Positions 1 through 13,265 are shown, counted from the first letter of the stretch. The stretch is 64,000 nucleotides of DNA from Parasitella parasitica NRRL 2501 (GCA_025201805.1 MU619242.1:181323-245322); one strand, 5' to 3'. Translations and numbers: made by a program. The notes: generated by a model not told the origin, from the letters alone.

Positions 1-645
1 ATCCATGCGTAGGTGTGATGTCTACAAGGCTTGCCCACGGCCCAAATTGCTGTCCTGGATGTTGGGAATATATCAAAAGGATGCACCAAACCGCACATCG
101 CAAACACTCTAAAATGATCAAGTAGTTGACATGCATAATGGGCTGCTTATCTGTCAGGGATTTTACCGCTACGAAGCCAACACATTTGCTATATGTTATT
201 GACTAACAAACACACCAATTCAAAATTTTTATTATCAAGAGCGAAGCAAAATACAAAAAACAACAACATTCTAATACGTGCAATCAGTTAATTACCATAC
301 ATGTCTATTTTAAACAATTTTGTTTTCTCATTTGATTTGGCATTGATGCGTTAATCAGAACACCAGGAGAGCTTACTGCAGATACAAGTTTTATCCGTTC
401 CCGAACTTATTACAGTGAAAAAACTATCTTGATTTGAGAGACGGTGCACATGGGCACAATGGTTATTTGTGTAAATCAAAAGACAAAGGATGGTGTTAAC
501 ATTAAAGTTTTTGTTTAGGTGAAGTAGCCAGAAAGATCCGCGGAGATGTCAGCCCGCCTCCAATTTATAGATTAGGTACCCTTGTAGCATAGCGTTCTAT
601 GATACACGAAAAAGGTGGAAGTATGATATGATATAGTCGTTGTAG

Positions 646-2263
646 AGGCTTTAAATTTCAATCTCAGCGCTTTGTTTCCATTTGACCCAAATCAGTTTTG
701 AGCTTTTTTTTGAATAGTTTATTGCTAGATATCTCATAAATGCAATGGGTATATCGAATATGCGTACTAAGTGTTTTATGACAAAAAATAAATTTTGCAT
801 ACAATCATATAAATTACAAGACTATAAAAACACTTTTTATTATTACCAATTTTCAAATATACAAAAAACGCCATTTTTGATAGTTTTTAAGTAAAAGCAA
901 NNNNNNNNNNNNNNNNNNNNNNNNNNNNNNNNNNNNNNNNNNNNNNNNNNNNNNNNNNNNNNNNNNNNNNNNNNNNNNNNNNNNNNNNNNNNNNNNNNNN
1001 NNNNNNNNNNNNNNNNNNNNNNNNNNNNNNNNNNNNNNNNNNNNNNNNNNNNNNNNNNNNNNNNNNNNNNNNNNNNNNNNNNNNNNNNNNNNNNNNNNNN
1101 NNNNNNNNNNNNNNNNNNNNNNNNNNNNNNNNNNNNNNNNNNNNNNNNNNNNNNNNNNNNNNNNNNNNNNNNNNNNNNNNNNNNNNNNNNNNNNNNNNNN
1201 NNNNNNNNNNNNNNNNNNNNNNNNNNNNNNNNNNNNNNNNNNNNNNNNNNNNNNNNNNNNNNNNNNNNNNNNNNNNNNNNNNNNNNNNNNNNNNNNNNNN
1301 NNNNNNNNNNNNNNNNNNNNNNNNNNNNNNNNNNNNNNNNNNNNNNNNNNNNNNNNNNNNNNNNNNNNNNNNNNNNNNNNNNNNNNNNNNNNNNNNNNNN
1401 NNNNNNNNNNNNNNNNNNNNNNNNNNNNNNNNNNNNNNNNNNNNNNNNNNNNNNNNNNNNNNNNNNNNNNNNNNNNNNNNNNNNNNNNNNNNNNNNNNNN
1501 NNNNNNNNNNNNNNNNNNNNNNNNNNNNNNNNNNNNNNNNNNNNNNNNNNNNNNNNNNNNNNNNNNNNNNNNNNNNNNNNNNNNNNNNNNNNNNNNNNNN
1601 NNNNNNNNNNNNNNNCTGTATTCTTAGTTTGGACCTCAAATCCGTACCTAAAAATGACCCTGAAGATCAACCCAAAGTTGAAAACTGAAAATCGAATCTG
1701 AGGTTTGGGGTCCAAACATGAGAAAATCTGGAAAATAGCCAGAGGTAAATGAGACTCAGATATGTTGTATATTGGTAAAAAAAAAAGAAGATGTTGGCTG
1801 AAAGTTGTATCTCCATTGCTTAATACTTTGTAAAGATATTAGAGATTGTAGATTGTGCCTTTAGGCGGGGAAAAAAACAATGATTATGATTAAGTAGTCT
1901 TTATTTTAACCAAAAAGTGAAGCTACATATAATCAATTTTTGATGCCATATTATACTGTGTCTCAGCTATCGATTCGTACGGAGACATACCCAAGTTACC
2001 TATTAGGGTCATGCTTTGCTCCTCGATTGAAAATAGATGGTACACTGCTAAAGGCCTATATTTGCAGTGCGTAAATTCAAGCTCAGCAGTATGTTGCCAT
2101 TCAATTTCAAATCGTGCTTCAGAACTTTATTGCTAAATATCTCAAGAAAGTAATAGGTATAACCGATATGCGCATTAGGTGATTTATGCCAGGCGTTTAA
2201 TTCTGCATCAAATTATTTATATTAAAGTACTACTAATATATATATTTTTATATCATCAATTTT
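646..2263 (-). repeat. Non-coding ~1.48-kb repeat unit, copy A (more than one unit, centre hidden by N gap)
   Basis: 646-900 is the reverse complement of ~37506-37759. 1616-1900 is the reverse complement of ~36434-36729. 1900-2050 matches the reverse complement of ~37770-37925. 2074-2263 is a diverged direct copy of 655-853. Confidence 0.9.
901..1615. other. Assembly gap (715 N)
   Basis: Run of N. Smaller gaps at 21871-21880, 25378-25422 and 55155-55164 lie next to homopolymer runs. Confidence 1.
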
Positions 2264-2737
2264 AGCAAGACCACTCTTTTTTTCTAAAAAATGAGTTTTA
2301 TTTGTTGCACGTAGAAACGGGCTGTGTAAGGCCGAATCAAGCGGTGCTCAACAAGGACAATAAAATAAAATAAATAGTTAAAGAAAGAATGGGAATATAA
2401 ATAGGGGCTAGAAAAAAAGAAGTGTATTGACAGTTAAGTGAATCATTTGAGTTCAGAGCGAGACCATTCTTTTGATAAGCTGACAAAGTACGGTATACAG
2501 CGTAATATCTTTAGGTTCAGATGCATGTCCTACCCTAATGTAATATCTGAGATTGTGTAACTAAGGTTTTATGAATATAATAAGATAATCCTTTATTTGA
2601 TAAAATTGATATGAGTATTTATACTTTAACAATTTGGTGATAGATATATAATAGTTATTCGGTTGTAGATATTGAATATAGTATAGCAAAGGACTTGATA
2701 CTAGAATAGTAATGATTGCAAGGTACGGTCTTTGATC

Positions 2738-4261
2738 TCAATTAGGTAAGTGTCTTGGTGCACCTACACGTTTACCACACCTAACTGTTTCCAGTGTATT
2801 TTCGGCGGTTCTCTTTGTCTCTCTATCAAACAATGGTTTCCTAATATCATCACAGATGATAGGACCATAGTCTTCAAAAAGCTTTTTGAGAAGAGGAATC
2901 AGTTGTTCGGGCTGTGGGATGCAACGCTTGACCCGTTTCCAGACCCAAGAAGGATTCGACCGCAATCTTGTATTCCCATGTAGTATTTGCAGATAACAGA
3001 ACACGAGTGACATTGGCCTTGTCGACTGGATCAGGCACCAAGAGGATGTCTCTGTATTTCCGCTTAAATCCGGCACACAAGGAATGTTTGATTGGTACTT
3101 TCAGCATATCAATAAGATGAAACACATCTTTCAAAATTCTGCTCTTGCGGACCACAGTATCATTCGTATGTAGGGGATGGCTAGCGATGTCATTATTTAA
3201 GAGTTGTTCTTCATAGTGCTGCAAATCACCTGCATTATCAACGCTTCTGATACGGTGATCCACTACTTCTTCAACATTACTAGAGTCATGATTTTCTGAG
3301 CATTTACGAAGCATAGACTTATTAACCACGACAAATGGGCGAGAGCAACCAGTATCAGCCAATGTTTTTTTGGGTCCATGCTCGGGAAGACGCATGTTCG
3401 GTTTTACGACCTTTGTAACTTCAATCAAAACTGTTACATTGCTCAGCAAATTTCTTCTCATGGGTGATCCAAATTCTTGAGATGACTTGTCTCTAATATA
3501 GCCATACGCCGAGGGAGTCATTCGAGTTCTTTGGGAATATTGCGACATATGTGCCTACAGACGGGACCTGATCAAATCTGGTAAACGAAGATTCAATTGT
3601 TCTGGCTTTTGAATACGTTTTTATCATGTAGAAAGTTTCCAAGGCTAATGTCAGGATTTAGCATCGCCAAGAACATCAGATTCCCATCTATTAGAGTCAA
3701 AAAACGTAGGCTTTGTACAAAATTATTCGTTAAGAAGGTATTGACAGAGACTCTTCAGAATGTTATTGGCACTGCAATTGCTGCAATTCCGTGGACTGCT
3801 CAGTTGCACTCTTTAATTGCGATAGCAACGCAAGATTTTGCTCATTTAGACTTGACGCGAGTGCATTTAGTCGATTTCTAATCTCGTTTCCGCAAACCAG
3901 TTGCCTTGAGTAGACCTTGCGTATGTTCGTGTGAGAAAACTTAGGGGCAATACAACCAAAAAGACGTAGATTAAGTAGAAGACTTTCATCCATTTGTCGA
4001 TTTAGACCCAGAACCGCGATTCCGCTTTGTGCTGACATCTATCCAACATTAAAGGAGTAGTAAGACACATTTAAAGATATGATTGGAGCATCTTCTATAT
4101 TCAACAGCTTCCACCATTCTCTTAATTGTCCACATTAGCGATTGATTTCTCAAATGTTCACTTTGCACTCCACTAATCATTTGAACATTGTAAGTGAATG
4201 TCAATAAGTAATTTTTATGGAATTTTTCTGTGTAGACAAACATCCAAAATTTGGATGACAA
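2738..4261 (-). mobile_element. Decayed DNA-transposase remnant, probably Dada-like (DxxH-type DDE), with stops and frameshifts
   Basis: Collinear broken minus-strand ORFs (4049-4261, 3763-4038, 2874-3548, 2738-3076), no introns apparent. They contain ILKDVFHLID (DxxH motif), then F..KYRDILLVPDP.D, W.WKRVKRCIP.P, LF.DYG and KPLFD, which match my recollection of fungal Dada-type transposases. Confidence 0.55.
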
Positions 4262-4345
4262 TGAACAATGTTTGATATTAGATCATAATTGTTGTAACAA
4301 AACATTCATATTAAAAAATATACACTCTTTTTATTTATTATCAAG

Positions 4346-5478
4346 CTATTCTACAATATTTCTCAATTCTAACAAAAAAAAATATATATATAATTAATAG
4401 CCAAACAATTCCACTCGTGCAACATGTACTTACTGTCAATGATGTTTTCATATGCAACACAAGCCGGTGAATCAGGATGCTCATCTAAAAACGACACACC
4501 CATATCACAGCTTTTTGCAACTCTAGGGTCCAAGGGAATTCTCCCCAACAAGACAATGCCAAATTCTTCCGCCAAAGCTTCAGCACCGCCTGTAGTTGGT
4601 GGAAAGATGACAGATTCGCCATGACAGTTTGGACAAACAAAACCTGACATGTTCTCCACCAAACCCAAAATAGGAATCTTGGCCTTTTTACAAAAATCAA
4701 TTTCCTTGCGAACATCTTGTAATGCGACTTCCTGAGGCGTTGTAATAATAACAGCGCCATCGATGCCGCTTTGCTTCAAGAATGATGCCAATGACAAATG
4801 CTCGTCAGAGGTCCCAGGAGGCGTGTCCACCAGTAGATAGTCCAAATCTCCCCAGTCTACATCTCGCAGAAATTGTTTAATTAGACCGTTCTTCTTTGGG
4901 CCTCTCCAAATTACTGCATCGTCTTTATCGGGCAACATAAATCCAATCGACATGACTCCCAAATTATCTTGCACATAAACAGGCTGCCATCCACTGTTAC
5001 TTTGGTGGATTTGCTCATTGACGACGCCCATGATTGTAGGGATCGAAGGACCACAAATGTCAATATCCATTACACCTACTTGAACATCTTCATCTCCGGA
5101 AAGTGCAAATGCAAGCTGTGATGTAAAACTGGATTTACCCACTCCACCTTTGCCTGACAAGACAAGAATTTTATGCTTTACTCCAGATAATCGTTCAGCA
5201 ATCACACTGACATCTATGCCGGATTAAGATTTACTCAGCAGATCGATCTAACTCACAAAAAGAAAACCAGCTTACCAGGATCAGGGCCCTTTGGTGCTGA
5301 AGCACATATTTCTTGATTGGGACACCCGGCGCAGGCATCTGCTTTGCCTGCTTCCTCATTCTCCGGTCCCTGCGTAGTTTTATTAGTCATCCATTCACAA
5401 TAGATATTATTACGATTGACATACAGGACAATGCTCATTAGCATCATCAGGAATATCTTCTTTATTGTGAGGTGTCAT
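4346..5478 (-). CDS. NBP35: Cytosolic Fe-S cluster assembly factor Nbp35 (Mrp/NBP35 P-loop NTPase), 4 exons
   Basis: N-terminal HC.GP...[11 protein letters not shown] Fe-S motif, SGKGGVGKS deviant Walker [27 protein letters not shown] and [14 protein letters not shown] at 5478. The spliced last exon gives KLRNIVE-stop at 4346. Confidence 0.95.
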
Positions 5479-5630
5479 TGTTAATATTATTTTTTTCTCT
5501 TTGATAAAAACGAGTTGATATTAAATGTAAGGAAGGAAAAAAAAAAAAAAAAAAGGGAATGAAATGAAATGATGGTAGATGTAAAAGCTATAGATTTTGT
5601 CAGTGCAAGGAGTCACACATTAAAGAAAAC

Positions 5631-6539
5631 TCAACGAAACAATCCAACCAGAATGAAGAACACTAGTATTAATGCAATAACGATACACACTGATTCTGTA
5701 GGATATCATTAATATTTCATACACTGTGTGAAGCGATTTTCAATCAACTTACTATTATCCTTGACTTTTCGGCCAACATAATCCAGTTTCTTCTTGGCTT
5801 GTCGCAATCTTTCATCTGTCCTATCGACCATTTCTCCCGTCTCATCAATGAGTTGGGCATGAGTTTCTAATTCATCACCGATGAGCAACCCCAGTTCTCT
5901 TTGTCTACGGATAGCATCTGATAAATGGTCTAAATCTTGATCTTGGTCGTCCATAATACGCTGCTGCAATTGAAGAATTTGCCCATTTTCCATGTCTTGG
6001 GCTTGGTCCATGTCAATTGAAGTAAATCTTGCGGAGGAATTTTCACCTCGCTTGTCGCCCAGCAGTATCTCTCTAATGTGTTGTAGTTAAAGTTACCCCT
6101 GAATTTCACCATAGCAACAGAATTCGTTTACCTTGCAGTAATATCATCTTGGTTGCCTAGCAGCGCATCCAATTTATCTACTTTGACTTGCAGTTGGATC
6201 AATTTGTTCTCCTCAGCCTTGGTGTCTCTGTGATATTTGGTGAGCAATTTCCGGAATCAGTTTTACTTTTTAACTTGAATTTACCTCGCAGAAGTTTGCT
6301 CTTCTTCAGATAATTGCTTTTCAAGCACTTTAATACCTTCTCTTAACTGTGTAAGGTTCTTGTCTATATTTGTTTCATACTTGTCCACATTAAGTCTAAG
6401 CATGTATAAATTAATACAATTCCCCACAGATGTATGTTTTCATTAGGTACTTTAATTCCTTTAATTTCTTCTTTTCAAATATAATTGTTAATGTGTTATC
6501 GGCTAGCGAGTTGAGTCTTTGCAAGAGCTTTGTATCCAT
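5631..6539 (-). CDS. Qc-SNARE, syntaxin-8/Syn8-like, multi-exon
   Basis: SNARE helix LQQRIMDDQDQDLDHLSDAIRRQRELGLLIGDEL. The spliced last exon encodes the C-terminal anchor SVCIVIALILVFFILVGLFR-stop. ATG at 6539. Confidence 0.85.
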
Positions 6540-6769
6540 GCTAAACTAAAGGGAAAAACGATAAAGAAATACCAAGACAACTGCAAGAAACTGTTGTTGT
6601 TATACACTCCTTGTGACTGTACATCAAATCATATTGAGCATAACTGTAACATTCAAGCGCGTTCTGTAAAGCACCAACCTTTCTCTCCCTCATAGATTCA
6701 AAGAAAGCAAGGTAATAGACGCATGCATTGAGGAGGAAATGAATTTTATGTTGATATTTATGGTTAAAG

Positions 6770-7133
6770 ATGTCTGCATTCGATCAAAATCCTTACTCAA
6801 GTCTTGATGAAGATGATGATGTGCGAATGTTTACTGACGACGACGACAGCCTTTACTCCTACGATGCTGAAGCTGAATGGGAAGAGAGCAAAGAGCAAAT
6901 GAACGCATTATTTTCAATGGTTATATTTCCATTTATCGGTAAATGGTTAGGGAAGAAATTTTCGCTTTGGCGTGAGTATTCATTCAATGGTTTTGAATGC
7001 TTTTTTTTTTTGACATTTAATGAACGAATAAACATTAGTTTGGTCAAGATATCTAGGTTCAAGAACTCCTTTTACACAACGATACTCCATTTTATCGACT
7101 CAAATGGTGAATTCAGTGAAGCGCATTGCTTAA
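6770..7133 (+). CDS. MIM2: Mitochondrial import complex subunit Mim2-like, 2 exons
   Basis: Acidic N-terminus, then DAEAEWEESKEQM..LFSMVIFPFIGKWLGKKFS.WLWSRY, the Mim2 pattern. Intron 6972-7038 restores the frame; TAA at 7131-7133. Confidence 0.75.
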
Positions 7134-7427
7134 ATAGAATGTAATAGTTGTAATAATAAAAATCCCATAACCTGAGTTTCAAGAAGCTTTCACACACATG
7201 CACTTGCCATTGCTTTACGTACGCATCCCATTAAATAAATACCCCTCCTCTGTCGCCTTTTTTATACACTTTCTCTTTTCTTTCTTTTTGCTATATTTTT
7301 ATTTTGTTCCTATTCTACAGTATTTTGTATAAATAAATCACAAGTAAAACTCAATAGGAAACGTAAGACAATTTTCCCTTGATTTTTCAATAAGAAAAAA
7401 ACTCACATTTTATTCACACCAACTAGA

Positions 7428-9403
7428 ATGAATTCGTGGAAACTCCCGGGTAGAAGTAAGTAGCCAAAACATTGTTAAACATACAATTATATTCATGTTA
7501 TATCAGAAAATAAGGAGGCTCCTGTTAGTCCTACTCCTCCTCCTGCACAGCAACCCTCAAGGAATACAACACCTTCGCCTTCTTCCTCTGCTAGTAGCAG
7601 CGAGCCCAAGCCTGGTGTCTTGGATATTCGTGTTTGTGATGCTAAAGGTATCTCACCACCTTCCGATATCACTTTACCTACGCAGCAATATGTACCTATC
7701 GGTAGCCGCAATAACCGTGATTCTTTAACTCGTAAACAAAATTGGTGGTTACCCTATGTCGTATTAGAATTCGATAAAAACGAAGTTTTGGTTGATGCCT
7801 TGGGCGGTGATACCGCTAATCCTATTTATCAGCGTAACGCTCGTTTGTAAGTTACTACATGATTGCCAGTTTAAAGAAACGGCGACTAATGTATCGTTTT
7901 ACGTATAGCGATGTTTCTCGAAGCTCAGAAGTATCAATATCCATCTACATGCGCCGCCACCCTCATACAGCACAGGGGGGAACGCCTCATACAACAAATG
8001 ATGTGTTTGTGGGTGGTGCAAAGCTGCAACCTAATTTCAAATCGCCAAAGCTTGAAATTAAAGAACTGGATGTTGGTAGTGGAGCAACCATGACCATTCA
8101 GTTGTGTTATAAGGCTCAACAGGTAATTCTCTAAATATGTGCATACAGCATTATTATCTAAAGCAATCAATTACTAGGCTGATAAACCTATCAGTTTTGA
8201 TGATTTTGACCTTTTGCGAGTTATCGGCCGTGGCAGTTTTGGCAAGGTAAAAAAAAATTTGCACTGTTATATTTAGATCAAATACTTAACTTAAACCTGT
8301 ATATATAGGTTTATGTTGTGCGCAAAAAAGACACAAATCGTATTTATGCAATGAAAGTTTTGCGCAAATCTCGCATTATTTCCAGATCTGAGGTTACGCA
8401 TACAATGGCCGAGAAGACTGTGTTGGCACAGATTAGAAACCCTTTCATTGTACCACTCAAGTTTGCTTTCCAAAGCCCTGATAAGCTTTACTTGGTACTG
8501 GCTTTCATCAATGGCGGTGAACTTTTCCACCATTTGCAGCTAGAAGGTAGATTTGATGAGAATAGATCAAGATTTTATACTGCCGAGCTTCTAAGTGCCT
8601 TGGAATGTCTTCACGGTTTCAATGTGATTTATCGGTGAGTGTTTGTGGGAGGAGGGGGAGGGGGAGGGGTAAGAATAGGGCAAGCGTTATTCTGACAGTT
8701 TACATAGTGATCTTAAACCTGAGAATATCCTTATCGATTATAACGGACATATTGCTCTCTGCGACTTTGGTCTTTGTAAACTAAACATGAAGGAAAATGA
8801 ACGAACCAACACATTTTGCGGAACACCTGAATATCTTGCGCCTGAATTATTGGTTGGACAAGGATATACAAAGACGGTTGACTGGTGGACTTTGGGAGTA
8901 TTACTTTATGAGATGATGACCGGGCTCCCACCATTTTACGATGAAAACACAAATGAAATGTATAAAAAGATTTTGCAAGACGAGCTGAGATTCCCTGATG
9001 ACATGAGTGACGATGCCAAATCACTTTTGCGAGGGGTGAGTAGCAAATACTGACATATATCTGAATATCGATTAATTTTGCTTTGTAATAGCTTCTTACA
9101 CGAATTCCCTCGGAAAGATTGGGTAATAATGGATCAGAGGAAATCAAAAACCATCCATTTTTTGCAAGCATTGATTGGAAAAAACTAAATCAGAAGAAAC
9201 TTCAACCGCCCTATAAACCTTCAGTAGAATCAGCTTTTGATACAACGAATTTTGATGAAGAATTTACATCTGAAGTACCTCAAGAATCAGTTGTTGATGA
9301 ATCACAAATATCCAGAACAATGCAAGAACAATTTGCCGGTTTCACTTACAATCCCGCCAATGATGGCGTTATGGGTGAAAGCTACGTTGGACATATGCTG
9401 TAG
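7428..9403 (+). CDS. YPK1: AGC kinase Ypk1/Gad8 (C2 domain + kinase), multi-exon
   Basis: MNSWKL start, WWLPYVVLEFDKNEVLVDALGG C2 segment, IGRGSFGKV, YAMKVLRK, activation loop TNTFCGTPEYLAPE and hydrophobic motif FAGFTY. Confidence 0.92.
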
Positions 9404-9556
9404 CTCCACCTCATTCAAATGTTCCAACTTGGTAAAAATAGTATAAATAAATAAAAACGCTTTGTTACACACTATGCTTTATATATACAACAGGCGAATT
9501 GACTTTTTGGTTTGCTATTTAAGAATTACATCAATGATATTAAATCGGCTGAATTA

Positions 9557-9715
9557 TTGACGTCAAGGTCCTTTTTTAGGCTAAAATAACTAGTAACCGT
9601 GTAATTAAAAACGAGAAATTAGAAAAAGAAGTTAAAAAAAACCACATAAAGTAGCACGGACCTATTCAACATGGTTATCGGGCCATTGCCACGTGGATAT
9701 GGCTAGGAATATAAA
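9557..9715 (+). promoter_or_regulatory. Putative promoter of the PDE gene: CRE palindrome TTGACGTCAA (9557-9566), E-box CCACGTGG (9689-9696), TATAAA (~9710)
   Basis: Motifs read directly, 320-480 nt upstream of the ATG at 10034. Function is inferred. Confidence 0.3.
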
Positions 9716-10033
9716 GGATTCCAGCAACAACAAACTGAACGTTGTTTTCTCCTTAATTTTTGTTCTGTAGCACATATTTTTTTTTTCGTTATAAACTTTG
9801 CTCTTTTTCCCTACTCCACCTTTTCTTCTTTTCTTTCTCTCCCTCTCACTTTACACAAATAAACCCCTTTTTTCCATCTTGCCAAAACTATTAAAAATAG
9901 AGAATAGGATTGATACTCATTAAGACATTTATATCCCTTTCTTTCACCCTGTATTGGACCCTCACTCCCCTTTCTATCACAAGCTCTCCCCCCCTTTTTT
10001 TTTACTGCTTTTATATTGCTTAAATAAAGTATA

Positions 10034-12693
10034 ATGATGGATGCCTCCCTTTGTACAGTGGTGATTCTACACCAAACTAATAGCATAAATGAACAACCCT
10101 TTCACATTATTGACCAAGAGCAACAAGAAGATTATCAGCAATTGATCAAATTAAACTTTGGTCAAGGTAATTTTATAATTTCATATATCAATGTTGTCTC
10201 TTGTACTGATGGAAAAATGAACAAAAGTGTACATACATCAAGACCCGTTAGAGGCTATCGAAAAAGTCAAACAATGTCAGAATAAGCAATCAACTTTACT
10301 TCTTGTCGATCTCGACGCGATTCAATACAACAATAGTATAAATAGAGACGAATATATTATTCAATTCTTGCAGAATATCACACGCGATTTGAACACATTA
10401 TTGCCGACCTACATACCACTTATCGGTTAGATTTTAACCTACATTGCAAACTTTAATTGTGCATCTAACTCGTTGTATTTAGTATGCTCGAAGAATGATT
10501 CAACTAATCTTATGCTGGATTGTATTCATGCCGGTGCAACTGACTATTTATTGAAGCCATTATACCTCAATGTGATAAAGACTTTGTTCCTGGTAAATCA
10601 TACAAACGAAAAATGCCTTTCTTTTTTTCTTTTTTGTGTTAATCTTTCATTTAAGAAACTACACCGATGTCAACCCGATTCGAAAATGCACGAAAACGTC
10701 AATCACAATAACGCACCTCTTTTATTACCACAACAACAATCTCTGCCCTCTCCAACCGCTTATCAACCATTATGTGACCGAATCAATGAAATGACTTCGA
10801 AGGACACACAGTGAGTTTTTAAGATATGTTTTCTTCAAAAATGATTCAAGATTAAAATTATTTGTAGCTTATCAAAAATAATCATGGATGCGTTTGTTCC
10901 AAAAGCGACAAAAATCACAACCAACGACACATATCCAAACATATCAAAGTAAGGCTTTATTTGTTATTGTACTAAATGTACATTTAATAATTAACCTACC
11001 CCTACGGTAAAATAGGAAAAGATCAGCGGAACTCAAATCAAGGATATCAAGTTGGGATTTCAGTCCATTTGGTTTAAATCGACATGAACTGATTCACTGC
11101 GTATATCTTGTGTTCGAACAAGTATTGACACTATCCGAGCTAAAGCATCTAGATATTAAAAAAGGTAACTAGTGTACAGAGCGGCTGGAGGACGGATTCA
11201 TGCTAGACATTCAGACGCTTCTTGTATTAGCCCAATTGTACGATTTTATCATTGACTTAGCAAGTGTCTATCATGACGAAAACCCATACCATAACTTTGC
11301 TCATGCTGTCGATGTGCTGCAGTGTCTTTTTTTTATGTTATGTGAACTCTCCGTGCTGCCATTCACGAAAAAACATAAAACCAGCAGTAAAATGAGTCGG
11401 AAACCTCAGGATTTACTAAGGCCAAAAGATGTGTTTGCCTTGCTAATCGCTGCCATTGGACACGACGCTGCTCATCCTGGTGTAAACAATATGTTTTTGG
11501 TAAGTTTCCATGTAGGACATGCAAACTAAATTACCTCTGACCCAACGTCTTGTAGATCAACTCATCTAACCCGCTGGCCACGCTGTATAATGACCGTTCT
11601 GTCCTTGAAAGTCTGCATTCAATGACTTTATTCCAATTACTAAACAAACATGGGATTGTTCAGTCGGTTGGTGATACAAAATCTGCTGAATACAAAGGTA
11701 AATAAACAAATTTTATCGCAAGCAAACAAACACACAAGCTAATCGATCCCTACAGAATTTAGAAAAACAGTCGTTTCAAGTATCCTGGCAACCGACATGT
11801 CATTGCATCTGGAATACGTTACAAAGATCAAAGAACAAGCGGCTCGAGCCAACAGCATAGACACTATGAACGAGCAACAAAAAGAATTGGAGAGAAATTT
11901 AATTTGTAGCGCATTAATCAAGTGCGCTGATATTAGCAACGTAGCTCGTCCATTCCGCTGGGGCGCCAAATGGGCAGAGCTGCTAGTCGAAGAATTTGTT
12001 TGCCAAGGCGATCTTGAAAAAGAACTGGGCATGCCCGTATTACCTATGAATGATCGTGATCAAGTCATTCTGGAAGATTCTCAAATTGGTTTTATTCGCT
12101 TTGTTGCTTTGGATTTATTTCAAAACGTGCGAGAAATTCTCTGTGACATTTCGTTTGCTGTGGATCAAATGCAGGCCAATCTCAAACAATGGGAGACACG
12201 AAAAAATACCTTGACCGTGCATGATTCTGGCGTGGCTAATTTAATTGAGCAGGACGAGGATGATGATTTCGATGCCATGTCTAATGCAAGTACTACACAC
12301 ATGATGATGATTGAAACAGGTACTTAATTTTTTTTCTGCTTGGATAATATCAATTTTAGTACAAGTAATATTTTCTAATATATGGATATCGTAGGCAGCA
12401 AGAGATCAAGCAGTAGTCTAGACTTCAGTCCTCATTCTCCAAATGATGTGAAAAGATTATCAATAGAAAAAAAAACCGTATATCATAACGGACACCATCA
12501 CATTATGCCCACAACAACGGTACCAACATCCTCTTCGATACACTACGATCAAATTCACTTGGATGATCATGATGAGCATGACGAGCATGATAATATGACC
12601 TCTACCGTACCTAAATACAACGGCCCTTCGTTAAACCGCCAACAAAGAGGAGATCCCGCTAATCCAGTTTATTGTCAGTGCTCTATTCAATGA
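10034..12693 (+). CDS. Class I cyclic-nucleotide phosphodiesterase with N-terminal receiver (REC)-like domain and C-terminal CaaX box
   Basis: PDEase_I motifs YHNFAHAVDV, HDAAHPGVNN, VLESLH, ILATDM, LIKCADISN and DSQIGFI. REC-like LLLVD ... VCS ... AGATDYLLKP. Ends YCQCSIQ-stop. Confidence 0.9.
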
Positions 12694-13265
12694 TATTTGT
12701 CTCTTCCGTTTCTCTGTACATAGATTTGCTTATATCTCAGTGATATTTGTTTACCTTTATATTTTATTATAGATTTTATATTTACTACGTATAAATTTCC
12801 TTGCTTGTTGATAAAAGCATTTTTTTGCGATTATTCTTTCACTTGCATCACTATATTTTCTTTTTTTCACTAGTGGTACTAAATAAGGAAAAGACTATGT
12901 CTATGTGTGTTCAGACAGAGGCGGTATCAGTACATTAAAGAAGACTAGGTTTTCTTGTAAGAAAAAGAAAAATATGTTTATTTGCCATGTCAGGCCAACT
13001 TGTGTATGTTTCAACATCATTGAGTGTTAACGTTTGTCAAGGAGCGTGAGTGCGTGAAAATAACATAGGGTATATAGTATTTATAAATACTGTCTAGAGA
13101 CAGTTGCTGATAAAGAGGGTTAGGCATAGGGCATATATAAAAGGGGGTTCATTACATGGTTAATACGAAGAAAGATAACATAATACATGGTGCGAGGGGG
13201 GGGGGGGAAATAAAAGGATTATTTACACGAATGATGCTCTATGCCGAACAACGAAATGCGTCCAG

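Noticed and set aside
1-640. Possible 3' end of a gene or element at the left edge
   Set aside because: Only short open frames with no recognisable motif.
843-1715. Long ORFs 843-1715 and 887-1639
   Set aside because: Artefacts of translating through the N gap. The paralogous sequence at 36730-37505 has no long ORF.
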